Both the position numbers and the translations under genes were made by a program. From positions 47,368,001 to 47,432,000 of the forward strand of contig JAGIQG010000014.1 of assembly GCA_024679065.1 (NCBI GenBank): DNA of 64,000 nt, written 5' to 3'. The notes below the pieces were generated by a model. That model was not told the origin of the DNA. It did not search any database and saw nothing but the letters and a program-made list of their open reading frames with translations. How positions within the stretch are numbered: position 1 is the stretch's first letter; each line of letters starts with the position of its first letter. Positions 12,720 to 26,519 of the stretch are shown here, piece after piece. The stretch comes from Sphyrna mokarran. Lineage: Eukaryota.

Positions 12720-13420
12720 ATTATTCATTTTGAATGGGCACTCCTCAGGCTACATTTGATTGATGCAGGAAGTGTCCTTTTGACAGGCCAGAAAACTGGG
12801 TTCCCATGCTTGGCTGTTCAGACTATTCCACTTATGCTTTTGTGTGCTCAGGCAATTAACTGGCTGGCTTTGGGCTTCTGTCTCTTTAAAAGAAAATGGG
12901 AGCCAAGGCCCAAGAGTTACTGGCCAATTGGAAGGCAGGCAGTTTCTCTGTCTCAGCAGCACCACCAGGAGGGGAGGCCATTGCTGGGACTGTGACTGTA
13001 AAAAAAAAATGGATATTGATCTCCCCACAAGGTAAATGAGCTTGGAGGTCATCAAAGCCCTGCCTGTTGGGTCTAGTGAGGGCAGGGTGCAGTTTCTTCC
13101 ATGAAAGCAGCCCTTAGCGATGGCAGGAGGCGGTTCTTCTGTGAGCCACAATGTGCTCCCTGTTCTTGAGGCCACACTCAGCCCAAAAGCAGGCTGCCAG
13201 CCTTTACCACGTTGTGTGCCATGCATGCAACCAATGAAGGTACAATACCAGCAGCAGCAGGAAGGATCCTGAACAGACTTTTTAGTTGGACGGCCGTCCT
13301 CCACTGTCCCCACCGCTGATAAAATTCACAGTGTCAGACAAACACTCCTGCTCTTGCTTTGCCTTTTCATCTTACCTTTGACTCCTAGCCTGTTCCTGGA
13401 AGGCTGGTAAAATTCAACCC
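12720..13420. mobile_element. GC-richer non-autonomous DNA-transposon-like repeat
   Basis: Ends ggtaaaattcaaccc and shares motifs (ctggccaattggaaggc, aatgagcttggaggt) with other repeats in the window; the overlapping ORFs have no recognisable protein motif. Confidence 0.4.
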
Positions 13421-14364
13421 CTGATACCTGGAGGAAATCAAGCCAAATTTCCTGATGGCCAATAGTAGAATGGGACGTAGACCAAGTTCCCATCCTTGTC
13501 CACTTGAGTAATTATGGAAACGTATATAACTCTGGAGAAAAATCACACAATTGTATTTAATATCTTCTGGTATGACCTTGTATCTAATGAGAGATATACA
13601 ATGAACGTGTGAAAGTTGTTGCCAAGCAACCTCTTAAAATGTACTCTAAAGCATTTCATTAACTGTATTTACAGTGTTAGACTTGGGAAGCTATCAATTG
13701 CATGTACTGCTTTCTCCACTGAGCAATATTTATTTTCTTCCATCCTCTTGTTATTTGGTAAAGTCCTGTGTTGTTTCTTTGTATTTACATATATTTCCTG
13801 AATGGATATTTTCTTCCTGTTATTGACATGAATGGATTTTGGTTACTATTAGCTAAACTTTTGGTAGTCCCTGTTAGGAATAAGCACACGGTTAGCAAAT
13901 GCACTCCGAGGGCCTTGTGTTATTTTGTTATGGAATAGGTGTGTAAGTAAATGGTTAAAAATAAAGCATTCACTATTAAAAGTGAATTGTGTTGTACAGC
14001 AATGTTTGGTTTCACACTTGCATTATACTGTGGCTTTTAAGACATTGCCTCTGCAAGCACTATCCAGTTAAGGAACAGCATTGTTCAGCCAGCATCCTCA
14101 CCCAGAGAGGTGGGCACTGCTTTGGCAAGCAGCTGAGTAAGAGAAAGATGGTTGAAATTTTAAAAGGTATTTGCGGCCACGACAGTGGCCCAATGATAGA
14201 AGTAGCTCTGATAGTGGCAGAGAGTAGGTTTCAGAGGCCAGATTGTGGTGGTGGAGATGACTCCAAATTATTTCCAGGCATCTGCCAGGCTTTGCCCTCA
14301 GCAGGATGGGGCTAACAATTACTGAGGAGATCCTGGGCTGTCTCCACCCTGTGCAATTTTTTTT

Positions 14365-14735
14365 ATATATTCTGTCATGGGACATGTGCGTCACCAGCTG
14401 GCCAACGTTTATTGCCTGTCCCTAATTACCCAAGAAAAGTTGAGAGTCAAACACATTGCTGTGGATCTGGAGTTACACGTAAGCCAGATCAGATAAAGAT
14501 GGCAGATTCCCTTCCCTAAAGGGATTTGCAACCTTAAGGGACATCAGTGAACCAGATAGGTTTTTCTGAGAATCAACAATGGTTTGACGGTCATCAGAAA
14601 ATTCTTAATTCCAGATATTTTGTTGAATTCAAATACTACCATTTGCTATGGTAGGATTTGAACCCAGGTCTTCAGAATGTTATTTGAGTTTCTGGATTAA
14701 TAGTCTAGTGCTAATACCACTAGGCCATCATCTCC
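14365..14735 (-). mobile_element. tRNA-derived SINE, lineage C (non-V core)
   Basis: Minus strand: gatggcctagtggtattagcactagac head, ctggttcactgatgtccctt core and aataaacgttggccagctggtgacgc...gtcccatga tail. Further copies at 27385, 28785, 32225, 53640 and 62600. Confidence 0.8.
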
Positions 14736-15419
14736 TCTAAGTAAACACTTAAATGTTCAAATTAGCTAGCTGCCACTGTCAGATGGGTAACCACTGTCAT
14801 TGATGACCTGTTTCTGTCAAGATCACCTGGAGGTGAGAATACATCAGGCACCGACATGACATCTGCATTTATTTCCAAATTTGCTTCCAGTCCCACCTTC
14901 AAGCTCATTTCTACAGAATCAAGGAGTTTCTGTTCAGCATCTGTATTTAAAGAGGGGAAATGCAAGTAATGATGTGTCGCGAGGAACCACATTATAGTAG
15001 ATATTACATGGCCAAAGAAAAATCAGGACTGGAAGCTAAGTACTGCAGAGAGTAACATGTTTAGAAGATAGAGAAAGAAAAAGGGGAGATAGAACAGCTG
15101 TGTATATGTATGAGATTACAAAATGCATTAGAAGGAAGTGATTCAACCATTAGTTGAACAGAATCTGAATCCGTGTGGTCAATTACATTAATAGGGGTCA
15201 TCTACTAACAAAATGAGGTGGAGGATGAAATTGGTTTAAAAAAAAATTAAAAAAACAAGAGAAACACCAAGGAGGTGATCTTATTGACTTATCCTGCTGG
15301 TCATTTGAGCTGGTAAAGTGATGAGAAAGGCAAAAAACCAAGTTTGCCTCTAGTTTTTCGCCTCTCGTGATTCTGCTGGCACTGTGAAGCCTGTGTAATT
15401 GGTCTCCAGGCATGAGACT

Positions 15420-16045
15420 GATTATTATATTTAAATCAGAATTTAAATAGTATTCGTGAGCCTGGACATAAAGGTCCAGGCTCCTTGCATTAATGGCCTG
15501 GCTGGTGGCGATCCTCACCACGAAAGTTATGAATGGTCCGTAGCAATGGGGACCAGACGTGATGGCCTCATGGGTGGGACTGAAGGCCATTGAGGCTCCC
15601 TGGGTGATCTAAGTGTCCAGTGCCTAGCACTACCTACTGGGCATCTTGTCACTGCCTACTGCAATTGGGATGTTGGGGGTATGATTCTGGACACCTTGGC
15701 ACTGCCCACTGCAGTTGGTTTGGTGGAGTGTTGTGCCAGGTAACTTGGCACTGCCCACTACAATCAGGACAGTGGAGGTGGATCTCTGGAGAGTGGGGAA
15801 CTGAGCGATCTCCCAATGCATCAACTGTGCGTAGTTTTGTAAAGATCTGTGCTTGCACAGTAGCGCTCATTAGCTATCAGCTGGTGGCTTCCCAGTGCAA
15901 ATAGATTCCATCCACTCCCCCTACTGGCATGAGTCATGCTTTGCCTGTTAAGTAGCATAATATCGTGTATGAGAGCTCGCCCGAAAATTGGGCTTGATTC
16001 TCTCCGGTTTTCACACTTAGAATTTTTTGGCAAGATCACCCCCAA
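15420..16045. mobile_element. Harbinger-like non-autonomous element inserted in an old CR1 endonuclease fragment
   Basis: Terminus ...tttttggcaagatcaccccc. The flanks (about 15000-15200 and 16046-16260) resemble the CR1 APE endonuclease (gtaatcatggggtttcaacc, close to VIMGDFN). Confidence 0.45.
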
Positions 16046-16803
16046 GAGTAGTAATCATGGGGTTTCAACCTTCCTATAATCAATTTCCCAAAAAAGGGAG
16101 GTAGCGGTGATAAAGGAATTTAGTTCCCATACTATATACGGGGCTACTTTCTAACCCAGTATACATGTAGCCCAACAAGGAGGATCTAGTAATAGGGAAT
16201 GAACCCAAGTAGGTAAGAGAAATAAACATTTGGGAACGTTAAATCAAAAGTGCCTCCCAGGAGCCTCTAACATGCTCTTTTTTGGGAGTTAGTGATTGCT
16301 AGACTACAAATTCTACTCCAATGTATTCCTGGTCTTGAAATATTAGAATCGTGACTTTTTTTTAATTGAAACATGAGAAAACAGTCAAGGTTTCTTTACT
16401 ACCCCTGCATAAGCTGTGAAAAATAAGACTTCTATCCTTATTTTCTTTAGTATTGGTGGCTGCATTTCATCTGGCTCTATGAAGTTATTCAAGCACTTTA
16501 ATTTTTAATGCCTTGTCATTACCAATCTAAATTTTCTCCTTACCCTTTAAAACACCTGCGTGAACATCACACTATTCTCTGTCATAGAATCCTATTATCT
16601 TCTCCCAGTCTCACAATCGTACCATACTTTCCATTAAGGGGCCTCACTATACCATCATAATTTATGCTCCAAAATCTCCTAATTGCCATAATATTCGTTT
16701 CTGTTTTCAATTTTCCTCTGTCTTTATGGGTTACGTTGGGCACTTTTTAATTTTATTTTTAATATATTTTCCAATTGCTCCTAAATGTGGAGATATAAAA
16801 AAT

Positions 16804-17882
16804 GACTGCCTCACAGCGCCAGGAACCCAGTTTCAGTTCCTGGCTTGGGTCACCATCGATGTGGAGTTTGCATGTTCTTCCCATGTCTGCTTGAGTTTCC
16901 TCCACGTGTTCCGGTTTTACATAGAACAATACAGCACAAACAGGCCCTTCGGCCCACAAGTTGCGCCAATCACATCTACCAATCCACAGCCCTATCTATA
17001 ACCCCCTATCCTATTCCTTTCCATATACTCATCCAGAAGTCTCTTAAAAGACCCCAGTGAGTTTGCCTCAACAACCTCCGACGGCAGTCGGTTCCATTCA
17101 CTCACCACCCTCTGAGTGAAAAACCTACCCCTGACATCTCCTTTGTATTTGCTTCCCTGCACCTTAAATCTGTGTCCTCTCGTAGTGACCATTTCCGCTC
17201 GGGGAAATAGTCTCTGAGAGTCCACCCTATCTATTCCTCTCAACATTTTATAAACCTCTATCAGGTCGCCTCTCAACCTACGTCTCTCCAGTGAGAAGAG
17301 TCCCAGCTCCCTCAACCTATCTTCATAAGGCCTGCCTCCCAATCCAGGCAGCATCCTTGTAAATCTCCTCTGAACCCTTTCAATAGCCTCTACATCCTTC
17401 CTATAATGAGGCGACCAGAACTGCGCACAATACTCCAACTGGGGTCTGACAAGAATCTTATAGAGCTGCATCATTATCTCCTGACTCCTAAACTCTATTC
17501 CTCGATTAATGAAGGCCAGTACACCGTATGCCTTCTTGACCACCTGCGAGGCCGATTTAAGATTCCTATGGACCCGGACCCCGAGATCCTTCTGCTCTAC
17601 AACACAGCTAAGACTCCTACCCCTTATATTGTACTCCTCCATCCCATTATTCCTACCAAAATGGATCACTACACATTTATCTGCATTGAAGTCCATCTGC
17701 CACTTCTCCGCCCAGTCTTGCATCCTGTCTTTCTCCCACAGCCCGAAGGACCTGCTGGTTGCTGTGTTCTCTCTCAATGCACCCAAACAGGTGCCAGAGA
17801 GTGGTGACTAGGAGATTTTCACAGTAACTTCATTGCAGTGTTAATGTAAACCTACTTGTGACACTAATAAATAAACTAAACT
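16804..17882 (+). mobile_element. V-SINE lineage B (gtgacactaataaataaact tail), split by a LINE insertion
   Basis: 5' half 16804-16917 ends ...ttccggttt; 3' half resumes near 17730 at ttctcccacag and ends ...aacttcattgcagtgttaatgtaaacctacttgtgacactaataaataaactaaa. Confidence 0.85.
16918..17729 (-). mobile_element. Young 5'-truncated CR1/HER1-like LINE, ORF2 C-terminus still open
   Basis: Uninterrupted frame WAEKWQMDFNADKC...LVRPQLEYCAQFWSP...LERRRLRGDLIEVYK...FFTQRVVSEWNRLP ending at 16992; short 3' UTR with tail gggccgaagggcctgtttgtgctgtattgttctat; CpGs retained. Confidence 0.95.
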
Positions 17883-17939
17883 GAAATCAATAAAGAAAAT
17901 GAAATAAAAATATAGTAAAGGCAGAGAGAAAGAAAGCCT

Positions 17940-19350
17940 TGGCCAGAATTTTATGTATGAAGTTTGGGTGCGTGCATGACCCGGAACACTTTGGGCAACA
18001 TTCTGATGTCATTGTGCACACGTGTGGTATTTCAGTTGGCAGGAATCAGGTTGCCAATCAAGAATCAAATTTAAATGAATTAAATACCAATTGACCAGAA
18101 TATTGCATTGCATGTGTGCCTTGACAGTTGGCAGGAGGGCCAATTGCCAGGCAGCCTTTATCTTTAAGGTGCAACCCCAATCCAGGGCTGAAATTAAATG
18201 AACAGTTGAGTCAGGGAGCTGAGTTGTGTGTGTGACTGTGCTGCCTGAGTCACTGGCGGCATAGCTTTCTCCATGGATATTTTTTTTCCCCCTGTATCAG
18301 AGCTCCCTGAGACAGCTCCACAGTGGCTGTCCCCCTGAGGATGGCATGTTGGAAGCACCAGCCTGCACTCTTATCCCTTCTTTTCCTTCGGCACTCAGCT
18401 TTTCACAGCCTGTGTTTCATGTTGGTTGGCTGTTGTTTGACCAGTCAATGGGAAGTTGCACTATGGGGCTAACTGCAACTGGAAAATGTGTGCTCTGGGC
18501 CCATCAAATGCACATGTCCGACAGGTGTAATGTTCAGTCCCTTGTGGTTTCTTTTCAATTAGTGGAAAACCAGGTAGTAGAAATCTCTTTGGAAGAAATA
18601 GGTTGGTAAATAGTAAACACCAGTAGATAATTGAGACAACTTTAGAATCAAAGTGGAATTTAATGCTTGAGGTGCGTTTGGAGGTTTTGGAGGGGGAGAG
18701 GGGTGGGGTGGCACCTAATCAAACAGTATGGTACCAATTTGTGGAGAGAGTAGTGGAGCCACCTTCTGACCTCTATCCTGATTTATGATTGGTGGGAAGT
18801 GTTGTGAGCTGTCTTCCCACCCTGCCACAAATTGAGACTGTTAGTCTACTGCCCCTAGTGTTTGCCCTTGTCAGATGTGGGCTTCTGGGAGTAGGAGATA
18901 GGTGGGTGGGAAAAGTGAGATGTACTCAGTGCTTGGGACTTTGGGAAAGGAGGGAGTGTGCTATTAACAATCGTCCTATTGCCAACACCCCTCCCAGCAC
19001 CTTGTACCCAACTCTCCCATCTGAGCTTCACTCACCTGAGGATTGGGTCTCTTGGCAGTCTGAGATTTTCCTTGGGTACATCACTGGCAGCAACCATTGG
19101 TGTTCTTGGTGCTGCCTGCAATGAACAGCTTGCCAGCCTCTGACAGTTGTTATCTCTTAAAAGTGTGTGGGATTTCCAGAAGGCCTGACATTGGCTTCTT
19201 AAGTGCCTAATTGGCACTTAATTCAGTGGGCCTTTCCCAAAATAAGGGCCTCTTGCCAGCCCTCTGGCCAATGAGTGAGACCTCCGTCAGCAGCGTTGGA
19301 CACCACGCAAACTGTGGTTTTATTTATCCCAGTGAGTCAGAACTCCAGCC
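17940..19350. mobile_element. Cluster of old Harbinger-like MITEs
   Basis: Starts ggccagaattttat (17941) and gtggaatttaatg (about 18653), ends gaactccagcc (about 19350); shared ttaagtgcctaattggcactt motif. Confidence 0.4.
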
Positions 19351-21979
19351 TTGTTGTGGATTAGTATACTTGCATTTTGGGCCAAAATGCTGTTTCAAAA
19401 CTAACTTGACAATATTAGTTAAGGAATGAAGGTCAATTTGTTCTCTCAGGGTAAAGGATTGTAATACTGACATTTAGGGGCCAGCGAGTTAGTCGTAAAT
19501 AAAAGCTTGCAGTCATGATGTGGGACTGCTGTATTTGGCAGGCATGGAATGAACCACGTAGACGAATTGTTCCAACAGCAAATAACTTTCAGGCTACAGG
19601 TCAAGAAAGAAAGTGGCCTGTATGGATTGGCAGGACAAGAGGAAAAAGTGATTTTATGCCATGAGGCCAAGCACGGAATAGTGTTGTTCAATTAGTTCAA
19701 CGTGGAACCTCCTCCAAATACACTTTCTTAATGCAACTTAATCTTATTAAATGAGAATGAGAGACTTGCTGATTTATATCTACTCAGTATTGGCAAAATA
19801 TTTATAGTTGACTCGATTTTATTCACAAGTTGGTTTGTAATATGCAACAATAATTACGATTAAGAATAAATTGTTTGTAGTGTGTTTATATATATTGCTG
19901 AGGGCATTACTAAGTGTCAATTTGAATAAATAGGAACTTTCCTCATTTAAGAAGTTTGATTTTTTTTCCCAAAAATCTGTCTTAAATCAACAAATTAGTC
20001 TTGACATGCTCAAAGGAATGCTACAAATTGAGATCTGAGGAATTGAATTTTTTGACTAAATGATTTAATGAAGGAAGTTTCAAACCTTAAACAGAAAGTT
20101 GGTTTTGAAGCGAGCTTAAAAGAAAGTGCACATTTTCTGGGAAGTATATTCAGCTGGGATAGTTGTTACATATTGGATATTAACTTTGAGTAAAACCTCC
20201 TGGCAAAATAACTCTCCAGTCTGATAGGGAAATGACAGTTTTCTCAATCCAATAACAAATAGTCAAAGTACAAATCCATAAAACAACATTAACCCAGAGA
20301 TAAAACTGCAGATTCATCTCAGACAGACAGTCTGCTTGATGACTCATTGTCAGTTTTACAACCTATTGTACTGTTTCTTGCTGCATGTGTCAAGTTAGTA
20401 AAATATGCCAAAGATTTTACTTTCTCGTATCAATCATACATAAGCATGTTGTTTCAAAGACTATTAAATTAAATGTTCTTATTTTCCTTCCCTAGCGCCT
20501 GACCCATTGATTGTCCGTTTGTCTCAGTAAATAGTAAATTGTTGCTTCAAAATTTAATTTTGTTCTTTCAGAACGACATTAATACCATTCTGTCGTTAGG
20601 TGCATGAGTGAGGTCAATTTTTACTATCTTGTCTGTCAGTCATGGTTAAGGCCTCAAAAAGCAACCAGTAGTTATATTGCCCACAACAGATGTAGGTGTT
20701 GAATGGCCTCCTGCCTCCGAATGTCTGAAGCATCTGTCAGACCCAGGTCCCTTCAATATGGGAATTGGTGTTCTATACCAGGAAAAGGACAATACTGACT
20801 ATTTTTCAATGCAACTGGTTGGAGTTTGTGCCTGATAAGTTCAACGTATAGTACGACCCAGAGAGGCCATTTTATCACTGGGATTTTATGACCCTGTTCG
20901 TGCGAGGCTTGTAAAATCCCATCTGAGGCCAACCAAGAATTCCATTCTGTGAGCTTCATCTGCCCTGGAATCGGAGTAGAATTCCAGCCCAAGTGTCCAA
21001 GGAATAGTGCTCTGCCAATGAGAATAATCTGGCATGCCAACATCCCGTGACACTCGCTCTTCATGATAGCAACCAAACAATTTACCTTGCTGGTGGCCAT
21101 TTTGACTTGGTTTTGATCAGTCAGGCTGCATTGGCATGCCTGTTTGTCAACCGGCCAACTACTGTGCTCCATTGAATAATTGTTCAGAAGTCAAACTTCA
21201 ACTCTAGGAGTTATATGAATATAGACATGTTGACAAAAAATATATTATAGATTTTTAAAAAATGCCAGTGTGTTATTTATTTTTGATATTTCAATTTGTC
21301 TTAAGCCAAATGTTATTCCCAGTACTTTGAGTCAACCATGTTCAACTCCAATGTGCACTGAAATAAGTTTATCCATTAATAAACTTTAATTACCCCTTTT
21401 AAAGAAATTGATTTTCCAGGTTTTTCTGCGTTCTGATACTTTTTCTAGCCAGGGCAAGAATTCAACCTTTTGCAAAGATCTGCCTGTCACTTCAGCTCAT
21501 TTTCTGCCCTCACTGACATTTGCATTTTTAGGCAGGTTTTTTTTTAGCCTCCACTGGGGAGAGGTTGGCGGAACTTGACTGCAACAAGGAGTGTGATAAG
21601 TAGCATCAATTCTGAAAAGAAACAGGTTTTTAAATATAGCAACCCAGCCAATTCAGATTGCCCTGCAAATGCTTGCATAGGGCTACTAATCATTAAAACT
21701 TAAGCAACTTTTTTCTCAACCACAGCAAAACTGGATTCCAAAGATGAGCAGCTACATCTGATATCCCCTATTACTGTGTCATAGACACTTGAAAATATTG
21801 AAAAGTTGCAGTTCCGTAATTAATGCAGCTCAACAAGATTCCAACCTGTGCAGACCTTCATTACTTCCATTGGAAAATCCTGTAAATGGCAAAGGTGACC
21901 AGCGAACAAGTGGAATAGCTCAAGAAGTTATTGCTGTAACTAAGCATTGCACAGGATATGTACTGACTGAGCTGGGAAA

Positions 21980-22088
21980 ATGATGTACATGATGTGTAAA
22001 ATATACATTATGCACAAAGTATAGCGCACAAGCAGCAATATGTTTCATTATATATCAAAATATGTGGCAATAATAAATCAAAATCAAA
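21980..22088 (+). mobile_element. Rex1-type LINE 3' tail
   Basis: ...atatgtggcaataataaatcaaaatcaaa resembles the tail of the Rex1-like fragment at 61440-61740. Confidence 0.55.
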
Positions 22089-23869
22089 CCTTTTCAAACA
22101 AGCTGAGATGCACTTCAATCCAGGATTCTAAAATGACTTTTCAACCCAAAGGATTTACATCTTTTAATGTACCTGAATTTGATTTGAATAACTCAAGGCA
22201 TTAATTTGTTAATTACAAGTGGGCTGATGCAACTCTGCTTGTAAACTGGATTCACTAAAGATGCGCAGTGATGTCTGAAGTCTTCCACACACAGCTTAAA
22301 TGAGGAAAATAACTTTCAGCTTGTTTTTGAACTGAAGTTTGGAAAATTGCACTCTATTTTAAAGAAAGACCATTCGCTGTTGCTCTGGAGCATCTTCTTT
22401 GCCAAGACAAAATTGAAGAGACAATTCCAATGTGCAGTTTTATAGTTTACAAAAGTGAAAGTGACTCCAAAACTGTTTAGCTGCTCATCCTCTCATCCCA
22501 GTCTAGCTTTGGAATACCTTGTTCAGGGACCAACAGCATTTCAAGAATGCAGACTTTCCAGATATGGCAAGATCAGTACCATTGAGATGTCCCCACAAGT
22601 TAGGGATTCTTCCATGATACTGTTTAATACTCTTCAATATGCAGTTAATTCTTTAGAATGCAATTGGAATTTGGAGGACAATTCATCGAGATACTTATGG
22701 GTTGGAGGACAGTTTGTGGAATTGAAGAATCTTGTTCTGAATAATCAGTTTCAGGCTGATTGATAATGTCTGTAGTTTGGGTTTGTGAGAAACCCATATG
22801 ACAAAAACATTAAAAAAACTTAAAAATCACCATAAAACTTTGATTATAGAACAGCTTTTGAATTATCAGTATTTAGTGGAAAATTTGGCCTTCCTCTCAA
22901 ATTGCCATCTGTTAATGATTACTTGGGCTTCCATTGGTTAGAATGTTATATATGAGATATGTGCTCTAATTTTAGAATAATCTGGGAGAGATGATACAAC
23001 TTATAGCAGTTATAAACAATTGTTTTGTCTCAATGGAGATGCTTATTCCAGTTTCAGATGTTTAAAAGTATGTAAATATGGTAAAGAAAGACTTGAATTA
23101 GGTTGCAACTGTGCTGAAACTGACACAAAGTGAAGTTACCTCAGCTTTTCCTGTTTTTAGAAATAAAAATAATTTAACTGTAGCCAAACAGGTGTTAGTG
23201 TGGTTGGGAAGGTTTGTTAGATGGGGAGAATGGGGGGTTGGTCAGAGGGATTTGGGTGGTTCAAGATGTGATCAGGACATCAGTGAGGTGGTCAGGGGTA
23301 TCACAGTGTGTAGTCAGAGTGGTGATGATGAGGAGGTGGAGGGTGTTATTGTGAGTTATTATGGGGTCAGTTCTGTAGTTAGCCAGGAGTTAGATTGGGA
23401 TTTTTCCATCTAACACTGCCGAGGTAAATATTCAGGATAGGTCAGAACAGTCTGGAATCTCCAATTCTAATCTGTGTGGAGGGTCTTGGGTGCAGGAGAA
23501 TTGCCCACCAGAAGTTCAAATCTCCAGGGCAATTGAGCAGCTTGCTACAAGAAACCTTGTGTATTTTGTGGAACGGCTCGGTAGTGTTAACATATGCACA
23601 TTCTATTCCTGAGCAGATTCAGCTGTTCTGATGAACTGTACAGGATTATGAGAATTTATTCTCTTCACGTAGTGCAACATTTCTTTGCCTACACAGCTTG
23701 AATACTTCTGCAATAATTTAACCAAAGCCAATGTCCCACATATATCCAGTAAACAGTGACAAATTTATCTTCAGTGAATAACTTATTTATTCATGTTGAT
23801 CAAGTATTTCCAAAGAGAATTACATATGACTTTCTCTGCATCTCAGTCCAAAAAGTTCAGCTCCTTTCC

Positions 23870-24130
23870 CTGAGAATGTGCTCCATGTTTTAGATTCCTC
23901 GACCAGCAGAAACAATCTCAGTGTCTGACCAGGTGAGGCCCTTCAGGATCTTGTACGTTTCAATGAGATCACCTCTCATTCTTTGGAACTGCGTCCAGAG
24001 AACACTGTCCCAATTTATTCAGCTTTTCATCATGGAACAACTGCCTTATCCCAGGAACCAAACTAGTGATCCTTCAAGGTGTCACTTCCAATGCAAGCAG
24101 ATCATTCCATAAATGAAAAGATCAATATTG
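23870..24130 (-). mobile_element. Old CR1 3' fragment
   Basis: ttcaatgagatcacctctcattct is the reverse complement of RMRGDLIE. Confidence 0.7.
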
Positions 24131-24152
24131 CGCAACACGTATTTCAGACATA

Positions 24153-24279
24153 GGGCAGGATTTTCTAACCACACTCACCCCGAAACCAGAAAATCCAGCC
24201 CCAGGTCAACGGACCTTTCCATGGTCCGTCCCTTGCCCGCTACAATTCCTATGGCGAATGAAACTGGAAAATTCACTCC
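24153..24279. mobile_element. Short MITE
   Basis: TIR gggcaggattttc...gaaaattcactcc, inserted at cat; similar to 39245-39372. Confidence 0.6.
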
Positions 24280-25649
24280 ATGGTCTTACCTGTACAATTG
24301 TAGCAAGACTTTTTTTGTTATTCCTTTATTGCCTTCCAATCTTTTTTCAACAAAGGTCAAAAGTCCTGGTTTTGCAAATCTGACAGAAAAGTGAGGTTCA
24401 GTTGAGTCTTGCCACAGGTATTTCTACACTGCAGCCACCAGGGCTCATTTGAGTTAAATTTTGAAGTGTCCTATTTTGAGTAGGTTACTGACATTATAAA
24501 GCTTATGCATACAGCTTGGCCAATGGGACTACGGGAATGTAACGTCCACTTTGTAAGCTGCTCTTAAAGAGTTACAAATCCCCATTAAAGGAGAAGTTGT
24601 GATAGTGGCAAAAAAGCTGATGATTGACTGCTCGCTGTGGCACGGCAAACATAAGAGCGCTGCGAGGTTGCATGCCATGGACAAAACCTCGGGGAAATCA
24701 ACCCTTAAAAACCTCACGGCTTAATAATAAGGATCAGAAATGAATTGAGTTGTTGACAACATTTTGTATGGGAATTGAATCGCAACATCACCTACGCTTT
24801 TGTTCACTTGCCTGTCTGAATGAAGGACTGAAATTATTGAGTCTGGAAATATTGACTAAAACATTATTATTTGCTTTCCAACATGCTAAAATATTGACAT
24901 TAATGAAGATGAGTCACCAGTAAAGAAGCAAGCTATATAATTAAAAGACAGAAACATGCGAACGACATGTGGTTAGCATTAGTTTTAGGTACACAATATG
25001 TACAGCATAGTCTTGGCAAAGCTTTATATTAGAGAAGAATCCAACAGACATCTGCTTTTGTTTTTCTTGCTTTTCTCCCTTCCCTGATGTTGATGTATGT
25101 TGTTTATAATAACTGGAACACTGATTAATTCTGCGATATTCGTTTTCTATGAAAGTCGTGCATTCAAGTCATCTGGAGAGTCAAATAGTTTGTATTTATA
25201 ATCTACCCCCGAACATTCAGCAGCTGAAATTCCTCCAAAGGCTGTATCCCAGTGCTGGAATCCCCAGATGGATGTCACAGCTAATCCTGGTGGACTTTCC
25301 ATGGTAAGCAAAAGATTCCATCTACTGTGTACCTTGTTGTGCCACTGGTGATGCACCTGGATACCTACTGCAGAGAAATGCCACTAATCTGTGAGGAGGG
25401 TGAGGGCATGGCTGTTGTCAGTGCTTCTTCCACCCCCATCACCCCACTATCCACTCCATACATTTCCCAGTACAAGTTAGGTGTGCATTGTTTTAATGGC
25501 TCCATATCGGTAGCTTCCTGTCACTTGACTCTAATGAACACCCACATACTGAGAAGTTATCAATGTGAAATGTGTTACTCAGCCTTGTCCAGTCCATGCT
25601 GGCATTTATCCTCCAGTTGAACAGATAGTTCTAATTCTTCTTATCCACT

Positions 25650-25812
25650 CTTCCAAAATGTGCGATTTCAAGAAGAACTTAGATATATCTCTTGGGGCTA
25701 AAGGGATCAAAGGATATGAGGGGAAGGGAGGGTCAAGAAATTGAATTCTATGATCATAATGAATGATGGTGCAAGCTTGAAGGGCCAAATGGCCTACTCC
25801 TGCTTCTATGTT
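25650..25812 (+). mobile_element. CR1 3' end
   Basis: gggatcaaaggatatg...tgaatgatggtgcaagcttgaagggccaaatggcctactcctgcttctat is a typical CR1 tail. Confidence 0.8.
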
Positions 25813-26519
25813 TCTACATCCCATTGACCCCATTTGTCCTTTACTTGCCAGTTTAATCTTGAATTTTAACATTGTTTCTATCTCAGGCAGTAACATTGGA
25901 GGTGAATTCTACAGCCCCATGGGCTTCTGTCATATATATGTCACCCACTCTTAGTTTTGCCATTAGCCTAGCAAACATGCATTCTATTCATGTTAACAAC
26001 ATTATGGGATGGCTTTTAATGATCAGACAAGTCAGCTGATGGAATATACTGGCTGCTGTCCAGTCCTGTCTGTGACTGTCTGGTTCACATTATCACCTTG
26101 CTTCTGGCCAACTATGGACACCAGGCAAGGATCCCACTGTAGTTCACCCATTCTCGGTTAATGGCAGCTCAGAAGCCAATCTAGTCAGAAGAAACATAGA
26201 TTCTGGGAGAAGCCCAGTCACCAGGGCGTCTTTCACAGTACCTCTCAATAGAAAGCTCCGATGAGAATGGTGGTGGCCGGAGGAGCGGTGCAAATAGATT
26301 AATATTTTACTATTGAAGTTAATACTAAATCAATATTAGGTTAATATGGTACTACTGAGTTAATAATAGGTTAATATTCTGCCATCTAGCCTAACCTGCA
26401 AGATGCAGATTATTCTTCCATTAACCTAGATCTGATTGTAACCATTTCTTCTCCTAAACAGTTTTGACACCAGCAGATATCTTTATGTTGTCTGCAAACT
26501 TGTGTGAGTGGCTGAGTAT

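Noticed and set aside
12750-13313. 187-aa minus-strand ORF
   Set aside because: No recognisable domain; it lies in a GC-richer repeat where chance ORFs occur in several frames.
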